Position numbers and translations under genes: made by a program. Shown piece by piece: positions 53,066 to 64,000 of a stretch of 64,000 bases of DNA. Every line of letters starts with the position of its first letter. The first letter of the stretch is position 1. The notes under the pieces are model-generated. The model did no database searches. It saw nothing but the letters and a program-made list of their open reading frames with translations, and was not told the origin of the DNA. The stretch is from positions 19,964,001 to 20,028,000 of the forward strand of contig OZ024766.1 in NCBI GenBank assembly GCA_964016885.1. Reading direction: 5' to 3'. This DNA is from Eledone cirrhosa (lineage: Eukaryota).

Positions 53066-54080
53066 GGTAAATCATTCTCTGTATCAAGTAGTTTAACTAG
53101 ACACAAATATACCCATATGGGTGAGAACCCATAACGAAAAATATATCTCGTCTGAAAATGGTGAATTAAACACAAATACATTCATATGAGAAGCCATGCC
53201 ACTGTGCTATTCTCTTTCATTGCTGCTTAACTTCATACAAACATATATATACTGGAGAAAAGCCAACCACTGTAATATTTGTGGTAAATTGTTATCCATG
53301 ATAGCTTGTTCAACTAGACACAAACATATACATACAGGAGAGAAACCATATCACTGTGATATCTGTGGGAAATCATTCTCTGAAATAACTCACTTCATTC
53401 GGCACTAACATTTACAGGAGAGGAACTATATCACTGTGATGTCTGCAGTAAATAATTCTCTAAATGTTGTGGCTTCACTAGACACTAACATATACAGGAG
53501 AGGAACCATATCACTGTAATGTCTGCAGTAAATCATTGTCTAAATGTTGTGGCTTCACTACACACTAACATTTACAGGAGAGGAACTATATCACTGTGAT
53601 GTCTGTGCTAAATCATTCTCTAAATGTTGGGGCTTCACTAGACACTAACATATAGAGGAGAGGAACCATATCACTGTGATGTCTGTGGTAAATCATTCTC
53701 TTGTAAAGGTTACTTAATGCAACACAATCAGACAAGATAAAAACCATACCACTCACCCAAAATTGTGCCACCAATGTTAATATTTTGAATAAAACTGTTT
53801 TACTAAGAAATTCTTCTCCTTTCATTTTATTTGTAGAAGTTGTAACCAAGACTTGTGCTGACAAATCTGTATCGTTCAGAATTTACACACACTATATATA
53901 TGTGAATGTATGTGTCTAGAAATGTGTGTCCCCTTTTGTTTGTTGCATATATAGTGGATAAACGTATTCTTCTGTGTATGAATGATAAAAAGAATAATGC
54001 CAGAATTGTGATGTTGACAATGTTTATTTTACAATAACAACATTAACTTCTTGCTACATTGAATATCAAGTAATAAAAAT

Positions 54081-54713
54081 TGTGACAGGAATTATCACTA
54101 CATCAATTTGCTGACTAGCTACTTCGAGCTAGCGTGTATGTATGTATCAATACAACGATACAATAGAAGTGATTCAACAGGAAGACAAAAGAATAGATAA
54201 AACACAGAAGTAAACAGTATAATGAAACCTACTGAGTGTGTGTGTATCCTTAGTATTTGTTATTCCTCTCAAGGACTGCTGCTTTGGTCTCTCCTGTTTG
54301 GTGGTGTAGTCTGTGGCCAAGAAGGTGAGAGCCAGTAAGGCCAGGAGAGAGAGATAGAGTAAAAGGTCAGTAGAAGTCTGTAGACCCCAAGAGGTCTGTA
54401 GAATGTGAATGTTTCACATCATTATTCTCTTAAGGACTACTGCTTCGTGGTCTGGCTGCTGGATTCCCTTTGTACTTGTATTTATAATAACCCTATAGCT
54501 AGATGTGTATACAGGGTTGATTTATGAGTAGCCATGTGAGTTTCAACTATCTTGAAGCTGGGGTCACAGGTCAAGTGGCATGTATGTTCATCATTGTTGT
54601 CTCTTGACAGGACAATGGTGGGAAACTCGCAACGATAGGTGGTCCCAGATGCAAGAACTTTTAGATTCGGTTTCGAATCTTCGCCAGGTAATTTATAGGA
54701 GAATTCCGTTACA
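54081..54713 (-). mobile_element. Solo-LTR-like element, unit 8
   Basis: Copy of 4546-5178. Confidence 0.6.
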
Positions 54714-55107
54714 CATCTATTAATGACATAGATGGCAACTTAAAGAGTGTCACAGTACTGAAATATGCAGATGACATCAAGCTGTCCCTTGAGATAAAAA
54801 GGACAGATCCTGAACTCTATAGATCTGGACACAATGCAGCAATGGACCATGGACTGGCAACTAAAGCTGGCTGTGTACAAGTGTACGAGCATTCATTTAT
54901 TTATCTATTTAAAGCTGTAAATAGCTATGGTGCGGCCACACTTAGAATTTGCATCACCAGTCTGGAACCCCTGTCTTGCTCAGAACATTGATCTGGAAAT
55001 TGTTTAGAGACGTGCAACCAAGTGAATACGCTCCATCAAGCATCTACCATACTCTGAATGCCTTGCCTCCCTGGGTATGGATACACTGAAGGTATGACGT
55101 CTGGAAC
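54714..55107 (+). mobile_element. CR1-type LINE RT fragment, unit 8
   Basis: Copy of 5179-5575. Confidence 0.82.
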
Positions 55108-55552
55108 TTGCTACTTATTGCACCTGAGCATCAGCCACATATAAAATCTACGTTCTTAGATAGCTGGCCTGTGTTCCCAGTACTTCTATTATGTACCCAT
55201 AGTTTGTATTTGGGACATAAAATGGAATTTCTACCTACTCCTTTCCTACACACTGAACATGGCCATTTCCCAGAGGGCACCTGTGCCCTATTTTCCTTCC
55301 TACAAACTAGAACTTTAGTCTTAGACAAGTTAACTTTAAGGCCTTTTGATTCTAGGCCATGCTTCCATGTTTGGAATTTCTTATCTAGTTCAGCTGTTAG
55401 ATCATCTGCGTATAGAAGTTCCCATGGGCAGCCAGTCTTAAACTCCTCTGTTTTAGCCTGAAGGGCAATAATAAATAGGAGGGGGCTAAGGACTGAGCCT
55501 TGATGAACACCAACTTTTATACTAAATTCTTCACTGTATTCATTGCTAATTC
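55108..55552 (-). mobile_element. RTE-type LINE RT fragment, unit 8
   Basis: ORF 55131..55595. Confidence 0.88.
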
Positions 55553-55740
55553 TATATATATACACATATTTGTGTGTATATATATATATACACATATTTA
55601 TGTGTATGTATATATATATTTACTACACCACATTCTTCGTCTAAGTGTAATTTGTAATGTTATTTACAAAACTAGGAATAAAATAATTCTTAAGATATTC
55701 ACTGCGAACCTGTACTCTCTCTATATCTTTTTTGGACCTG

Positions 55741-55780
<40 letters not shown>

Positions 55781-56338
55781 GTATATATATTTTTTATCTA
55801 TTTCACATTTGTGCTATTTGGAATGTTATGTATACAACCAGGAATAAAATAATTCTTCCCCTAACTCTTACCATTCACTGCGAGACTGTACTTGCTGTTC
55901 GGCCCTGGGATATGAATATATATATATATGTATATATATATTTACTACAGCACATTATTTGTCTCAGTATAATTTGTAATGTTATTTATACAACCAGGAA
56001 TAAAATAATTCTTACTCTAAACCTTACCATTCACTGCGAGACTCTACTGGCTTTACTTCCTGTTCCTGCCCCACCTACTTTCGTTCATTCATTAATTTAC
56101 TTCAAACTCAATCAATTCCTGTCTCTTTCTTCTATATTTTATATTTTCAAGGTATTTCAACAACTTTTATCTGTTTTACGTTTCTTTCATTAATTTATTC
56201 CGTTTTATATTTAAAATATTTCTGACTATTTTTTCCCGTATTTTCTGTCTAAATATTTATATATACTTTATATATATAAAGTATATATATATGTATATAT
56301 ATATATAAAGTATATATAAATATGTATATATATATAAA

Positions 56339-56375
<37 letters not shown>

Positions 56376-56730
56376 ATATATATATATAAAGTATATATAT
56401 ATATATAAAGTATATAAATATATATAAAGTATATATATATATATAAATATGTATATATAAATATATGTCTATATATATATATGTATTCATGTATATATGC
56501 ATATATATGTGTGTATATATATTGTATATATACATACATACATTATACATACTAGACAAGATAATACACCTTCACATCTGATATAAGAATACGGATAGGC
56601 TATGTAGCCGGTAAAACCAAAAGGGGTGAAACACATATTGCTATAGTGTTTCACCAGCTCTTCCTCAATCATTCATAGATGTGAGTGTATATAATAATTA
56701 TTTTGTATAATGTGTCTATAAATATATATG

Positions 56731-57301
56731 AGTAGATGTGTGTATAACTCTGTAGATGTGTGTATAACTCTGTAGATGTGTGTGTAACTCTGTAGATGTG
56801 TGTATAACTCAGTAGATGTGTGTGTAACCCAGTAGATGTGTGTGTAACTCAGTAGATGTGTGTGTAACTCAGTAGATGTGTGTATAACTCAGTAGATGTG
56901 TGTGTAACTCAGTAGATGTGTGTGTAACTCAGTAGATGTGTGTGTAACTCAGTAGATGTGTGTATAACTCAGTAGATGTGTGTGTAACTCAGTAGATGTG
57001 TATATAACTCAGTAGATGTGTGTGTAACTCAGTAGATGTGTGTGTAACTCAGTAGATGTGTATGTAACTCAGTAGATGTGTGTGTAACTCAGTAGATGTG
57101 TGTGTAACTCAGTAGATGTGTGTGTAACTCAGTAGATGTGTGTGTAACTCAAATAATTGTCCCCCAGTCTCACTTTTTTCTGAAATAATCGTTCACCCTC
57201 ACTTTTTTCTGAAATAATCGTACCCCACCCTCGCTTAGGTCTGAAATAATTGTCCCCTACCCTCGCTTAGGTCTCAAATAATTTTCCCCCACCCTCACTC
57301 A
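56731..57301. repeat. Compound minisatellite, unit 9 (diverged 32-mers)
   Basis: As unit 1, with variant CTGAAATAAT units. Confidence 0.95.
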
Positions 57302-58466
57302 TTTAATTTTCAGATTTTTTACACCACCACCCCACTCTTAATTCACCCCACCCATTTAAAATAAATAGGATGGGTTGTTGTCTCATTATGTAAACTAAAT
57401 GACTAATTCTGGTTTTCTATCTCTTGTGAAATTTATATGTATATATATATATGTATAGATATACAAATATCTATGCATATGTATATATATATATGTATGT
57501 ATATGAGCTCTTAAGACCAGTAAAATAACCTCTCTAGTGACACAAACAATACACCCAGTCCTTGCTGTAAAGTGGTTTATGAGTGGAAAGGCATCCAAAC
57601 AGAAAAGAAAAAAAATAGCGCTAAAATTATGGAAAACCCTACGAATTAAAATTTCTAATAATTGTGTCTACAAGCCTAACACAAGTCATGTTATTGGGGT
57701 GCCTAGGGTTGCCATGTGTGAGAATCCTTTGACTGTTACCAAGCATTTACACAGCACTTTTCCCCTTCCAGGTAGAAAGAACTGTTACTCAAGGAACTGT
57801 CAAGTTACACATCTCAGGTCTCAGAGAATTACCATGTTAGAATGTCATATAAGAATGAAGTTCTTGGGTAAAGGCTATAGGGCAGACCTCCCAAAAGTTA
57901 GAAGGATATAGTTTATAGAGCATCGTGGAATATCACTGCTTACATTGGAGAGAATAACTCTGGACAGGAAAGTTGATATCTACAGTTTATAAATATAGAA
58001 ATATAACATTTCCACTGTTAAATCTATCTCTGTTTCTAAAGTATTCTCTATTATCTCATACTGTTTCTTTCTTATTTCAGAATATCAGATGACATTGGGA
58101 TAAAATTATTTTCTAATCTTGAATACATCCCCTCTATTTATCATCATTTCAAGACTAAAGGTTTTGATACGGAACTCATATAACACTGTTTATATAAATC
58201 TATGGCAGAATTAGTGTGAAAATTTCCTCAGAACTGTGCGTCTTGGAAAAATTCTTGGAAAAGTATTGTTTCATCAGCATCTGATATATTTACAAGATGA
58301 TTTTGAATGTTAACTAAACTTGGATCAGAAAGAAGTTTGCATCATCTTCAGATCTTGACTGAGATCACCGTTGCCGGAAATATAGCAGAAGAGATATCTT
58401 CAGGAATATAATATATAAAATAAGACAAGAATAACATCTTTAAATTCTGCCAAGGGACGAAGAAAC

Positions 58467-59744
58467 ATGGAAACTAAATTGAGTGAGAAGAAGATGAAAT
58501 GTGAAACATTGTCTAGAGATTTGGCTATTCCAGAAGAGATGTCAAAATCTAGAGGAGAGAAACCATATCACTGTGATGTCTGTGGTAAATCATTCTCTGT
58601 TAGTAGTACCTTAACTAGCCACAAACGTACCCATACAGGAGACAAGCCATACCACTGTGATATCTGTGGTAAATCATTCTCTGTTAGTAGTACCTTAACT
58701 AGCCACAAACATATACATACAGGAGACAAGCCATACCACTGCGATATCTGTGGTAAATCATTCTCTCGAAATGGTCAGTTAATTCCACACAAACGTATAC
58801 ATACAGGAGACAAGCCATACCACTGCGATATCTGTGGTAAATCATTCTCTCAAAGTAGTCACTTAACTAGACACAAACGTATACATACAGGTAACAAGCC
58901 ATACCACTGTGATATCTGTGGTAAATCATTCTCTGATAGTAGTACCTTAACTAGCCACAAACGTATACATACAGGAGACAAGCCATACCACTGTGATATC
59001 TGTGGTAAATTATTTTCTGCATCAAGTAATTTAACTACACACAAATATACCCATACAGGAGACAAACCATACCACTGTGATATCTGTGGTAAATTATTCT
59101 CTGCATCAAGTAATTTAACTACACACAAACATACCCATACAGGAGACAAGCCATATTACTGTGATATCTGTGGTAAATCATTCTCTCGAAGTCATCACTT
59201 AACTAGACACAAACGTATACATACAGGACACCAGGAATACCACTGTGATATCTGTGGTAAATTATTCTCTGCACCAAATAATTTAAATACACACAAATAT
59301 ACCCATACAGGAGACAAGCCATACCACTGTGATATCTGTGGTAAATCATTCTCTGATAGTAGTGCCTTAACTAGACACAAACGTATACATACAGGAGACA
59401 AGCCGTACCACTGTGATATCTGTGGTAAATCATCCTCTGTAAGTGGTAACTTAACTAAACACTTACATACCCATACAGGAGACAAGCCATATCACTGCGA
59501 TATCTGTGGTAAATCATTCTCTCAAAGTAGCCACTTAACTTGCCACAAACGTACCCATACAGGAGAGAAGCCACACCTCTGTGATATCTGTGGTAAATCA
59601 TTCTCTGAAAGTAGTCACTTAACTAGACACAGATGTATACATACAGGAGACAAGCCATACCACTGCGATATCTGTGGTAAATCATTCTCTGTATCAAGTA
59701 GTTTAACTAGACACAAATATACCCATATGGGTGAGAACCCATAA
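58467..59744 (+). CDS. Poly-C2H2 zinc-finger protein, copy 9 (14 fingers, intact C-terminus)
   Basis: 425-aa ORF. The only copy reading through the final VSSSLTR finger to HMGENP-TAA. Confidence 0.92.
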   Translation: METKLSEKKMKCETLSRDLAIPEEMSKSRGEKPYHCDVCGKSFSVSSTLTSHKRTHTGDKPYHCDICGKSFSVSSTLTSHKHIHTGDKPYHCDICGKSFSRNGQLIPHKRIHTGDKPYHCDICGKSFSQSSHLTRHKRIHTGNKPYHCDICGKSFSDSSTLTSHKRIHTGDKPYHCDICGKLFSASSNLTTHKYTHTGDKPYHCDICGKLFSASSNLTTHKHTHTGDKPYYCDICGKSFSRSHHLTRHKRIHTGHQEYHCDICGKLFSAPNNLNTHKYTHTGDKPYHCDICGKSFSDSSALTRHKRIHTGDKPYHCDICGKSSSVSGNLTKHLHTHTGDKPYHCDICGKSFSQSSHLTCHKRTHTGEKPHLCDICGKSFSESSHLTRHRCIHTGDKPYHCDICGKSFSVSSSLTRHKYTHMGENP

Positions 59745-60394
59745 CCAAAGAAATATCTCAATGTCTGACAATGGTGAATTAAACACAAATACATTCATAT
59801 GAGAAGCCATGCCACTGTGCTATTCTCTTTCACGCCTACATTAACTTCATACAAACATTTATATACTGGAGAAAAGCCAATTACTGTAATATTTGTGGTA
59901 AATTGTTATCCATGATAGCTTGTTCAACTAGACACAAACATATACATACAGGAGAGAAACCATATCACTGTGATATCTGTGGGAAATCATTCTCTGAAAT
60001 AACTCACTTCATTCGGCACTAACATTTACAGGAGAGGAACCATATCACTGTGATGTCTGTGGTAAATCCTTCTCTAAATGTTGTGGCTTCACTAGACACT
60101 AACATTTACAGGAGAGGAACTATATCACTGTAATGTCTGCAGTAAATCCTTCTCTAAATGTTGTGGCTTCACTACACACTAACATATACAGAAGAGGAAC
60201 TATGTCACTGTGATGTCTGTTGTAAATCATTGTCTAAATGTTGGGGCTTCACTACACACTAACATATACAGGAGAGGAACTATATCACTGTGATGTCTGT
60301 GGTAAATCATTGTCTAAATGTTGGGGCTTCACTACACACTAACATATACAGGAGAGGAACTATATCACTGTGATGTCTGTGATAAATCATTCTC
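59745..60394 (+). pseudogene. Degenerate zinc-finger tail of copy 9 with five 80-bp units
   Basis: Repeat starts at 60030, 60110, 60190, 60270, 60350. Confidence 0.85.
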
Positions 60395-60777
60395 TTGTAA
60401 AGATTACTTAATGCAACACAATCAGACAAGATAAAAACCATATCACTCACCCAAAATAGTGCCACCAATGTTGTTAATATTTTGAATAAAACTGTTTTAC
60501 TAAGAAATTCCTCTCCTTTCATTTTATTTGTAGAAGTTGTAACCAAGACTTGTGCTGACAAATCTGTATTGTTCAGAATTTACATACGCTATATATATGT
60601 GAATGTATGTGTGTAGAAATATGTGTCCCCTTTTATTTGTTGCGTATGTAGTGGATAAATGTATTCTTTTGTGTATGAATGATAAAAAGAATAATGCCAG
60701 AATTGTGATGTTGACAATGTTTATTTTACAATAACAATATTCACTTGTTGCTACATTGAATATCAAGTAATAAAAAT

Positions 60778-61410
60778 TGTGACAGGAATTATCACTACAT
60801 CAATTTGCTGACTAGCTACTTCGAGCTAGCGTGTATGTATGTATCAATACAACGATACACGAGAAGTGATTCAACAGGAAGACAAAAGAATAGATAAAAC
60901 ACAGAAGTAAACAGTATAATGAAACCTACTGAGTGTGTGTGTATCCTTAGTATTTGTTATTCCTCTCAAGGACTGCTGCTTCGGTCTCACTTGTTTGGTG
61001 GCGTAGTCTGTGGCCAAGAAGGTGAGAGCCAGTAAGGCCAGGAGAGAGAGATAGAGTAAAAGGTCAGTAGAAGTCTGTAGACCCCAAGAGGTCTGTAGAA
61101 CGTGAATGTTTCCCATTATTATTCTCTGAAGGACTACTGCTTCGTGGTCTGGCTGCTGGATTCCCTTTGTACTTGTATTTATAATAACCCTATAGCTAGA
61201 TGTGTATACAAGGTTGATTTATGAGTAGCCATGTGAGTTTCAGCTATCTTGAAGCTGGGGTCACAGGTCAAGTGGCATGTATGTTCATCATTGTTGTCTC
61301 TTGACAGGACAATGGTGGGAAACTCGCAACGATAGTTGGTCCCAGATGCGAGAACTTTTAGATTCGGTTTCGAATCTTCGCTAGGTAATTTATAGGAGAA
61401 TTCCGTTACA
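60778..61410 (-). mobile_element. Solo-LTR-like element, unit 9
   Basis: Copy of 4546-5178. Confidence 0.6.
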
Positions 61411-61804
61411 CATCTATTAATGACATAGATGGCAACTTAAAGAATGTCACAGTACTGAAATATGCAGATGACATCAAGCTGTCCCTTGAGATAAAAAGGA
61501 CAGATCCTGAACACTATAGATCTGGACACAATGCAGCAATGGACCACGGACTGGCAACTCAAGCTGGCTGTGTACAAGTGTACGACCATGCATTTATCTA
61601 TCTATTTAAAGCTGTAAATAGCTATGGTGCGGTCACACTTAGAATTTGCATCACCAGTCTGGAACCCCTATCTTGCTCAGAACATTGATCTGGAAATTGT
61701 TTAGAGATGTGCAACCAAGTGAATACCCTCCATCAAGCATCTACCATACTCTGAATGCCTTGCTTCCCTGGGTATGGATACATTGAAGGTCCGACGTCTG
61801 GAAC
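61411..61804 (+). mobile_element. CR1-type LINE RT fragment, unit 9
   Basis: Copy of 5179-5575. Confidence 0.82.
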
Positions 61805-62243
61805 TTGCTACTTATTGCACCTCAGCATCAGCCACATATAAAATCTACGTTCTTAGATAGCTGGCCTGTGTTCCCAGTACGTCTGTTATGTACCCATTGT
61901 ATTGGACATAAAATGGAATTTCTACCTACTCCTTTCCTACACACTGAACATGGCCATTTCCCAGAGGGCACCTGTGCCCCATTTTCCTTCCTACAAACTA
62001 GAACTTTAGTCTTAGACAAGTTAACTTTAAGGCCTTTTGATTCTAGGCCATGCTTCCATGTTTAGAATTTCTTATCTAGTTCAGCTGTTAGATAATCTGT
62101 GTATCGAAGTTCCCATGGGCAGTCAGTCTTAAACTCCTCTGTTTTAGCCTGAAGGGCAATAATAAATAGGAGGGGGCTAAGGACAGTGCTTTGATGAACA
62201 CCAACTTTTATACTAAATTCTTCACTGTATTCATTGGTAATTC
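61805..62243 (-). mobile_element. RTE-type LINE RT fragment, unit 9
   Basis: Split ORFs 61828..62019 and 62062..62409. Confidence 0.85.
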
Positions 62244-62286
62244 TATATATATATATATGTATATACACATATTTACGTGTATATAT

Positions 62287-62900
62287 GGTGGCTGCCAACT
62301 CGTTTTCGAGTACGGCCACTACTTTATATCCATGTAGGAGAACCCCTACCGATGCGCTGAACAAGTGTGACTTTTTAGTCCAGCCAGCGACTTGAATACT
62401 CTGGTACAAACACTACACTTGTGACAATTACTGACACATAGTGCTGGGCCCATGGTACCATGTGACGACAAGTGCAGAGAGATCTCCAGATATAAAGCAA
62501 TGCCTGTGCCGTGAAGCTTTTATAGTGAGCAAAGGCACTGCACAAAGCCAGTCCCACTCTCTTAACCAAGATGATATTTACCAAAAAGAAGAACAAGTCA
62601 ACATCATTGGATACCATCAGGGTTGCAGGTGTTATATCAGAGTTTTCCTTCTCCTAGAATTCTGCCTTGACAAAGGCTAAGGGGTCATCTCTCCCGGTGA
62701 TTTTGGATGGCCATTGACTCTTAAGAGCTCCTTTGCCCTTTGACAGGTTTTGTTTTTAGTCCTGCAGGATGTCCAAAGTCACCCTCCTCACCAAGAAACC
62801 TTGGTGGGGTTGCCAGTTTAGTCGCCAACGACCCGACCATGGGACAGGTTGTACTGGGATACATGTTACCAGTAGCACCAACTGGTGACCTGACACAACA
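62287..62900 (-). mobile_element. Unit-9-specific insertion, probably the 5' UTR end of an RTE-like LINE
   Basis: GC-richer unique block inside a TA tract, absent from other units. The minus strand has CTAGGAGAAGGAAAACTCTG, which I recall from RTE-like 5' UTRs (unverified), and starts with an HDV-like fold. Confidence 0.5.
62812..62900 (-). ncRNA. Possible degenerate HDV-like self-cleaving ribozyme
   Basis: Minus-strand order fits P1-P2-P3-L3-P3'-P1'-GG-P4-J4/2-P2': TGTTGT GTCAG GTC ACCAGTT GGT GCTACT GG TAAC...GACTAAA CTGGC. P1 has mismatches. Confidence 0.35.
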
Positions 62901-63738
<838 letters not shown>

Positions 63739-63815
63739 ACGAAGGAAATGTGGTAAGAAACCAGGTGGACCATAACGCACCAAAGTACTCAATACTTAGG
63801 GTAGTAGAGTGGGTA

Positions 63816-63857
63816 ATAGGAACAAGTAAGACCCCGGGGGGTCTTACTTGTTCCTAT
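63816..63857. repeat. Perfect inverted repeat, 20-bp arms with 2-nt spacer
   Basis: ATAGGAACAAGTAAGACCCC-GG-GGGGTCTTACTTGTTCCTAT. Confidence 0.95.
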
Positions 63858-64000
63858 GTGTATATATATATACACATATTTATGTGTATATATATATATA
63901 CACATATTTATTTGTATGTATATATATATATATACACATATTCATGTGTATACATATATATATTTACTACTCCACATTCTTCGTCTAAGTATAAATTGTA

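Overview
This is eukaryotic, AT-rich, microsatellite-laden DNA. The finger style ([17 protein letters not shown]) and repeat content suggest a coleoid cephalopod such as Octopus; this is inference, not shown. Almost the whole window is a head-to-tail array of nine ~6.6-7.6 kb units. Each unit holds, in order: a 20-bp plus 32-bp compound minisatellite; a SINE-like element (six of nine units); a strong splice acceptor; a + strand intronless poly-C2H2 zinc-finger ORF (33-aa leader plus 12-18 fingers, 138 in-frame fingers in total by my count); a tail of dead fingers; an antisense solo-LTR-like element; a CR1-type LINE RT fragment; an RTE-type LINE RT fragment; and TA-rich repeats. Flanks and finger frameworks are nearly homogenised. 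In contrast, finger number, finger order and the DNA-contacting helix residues differ between copies, and single fingers are visibly exchanged between paralogues, giving a two-level PRDM9-like shuffling array. Eight of nine copies carry TGA at the same zinc-ligand Cys codon, and two carry the same frameshift. The last unit has a private insertion with a possible degenerate HDV-like ribozyme, a long (TA)n tract and a perfect 20-bp-arm palindrome.
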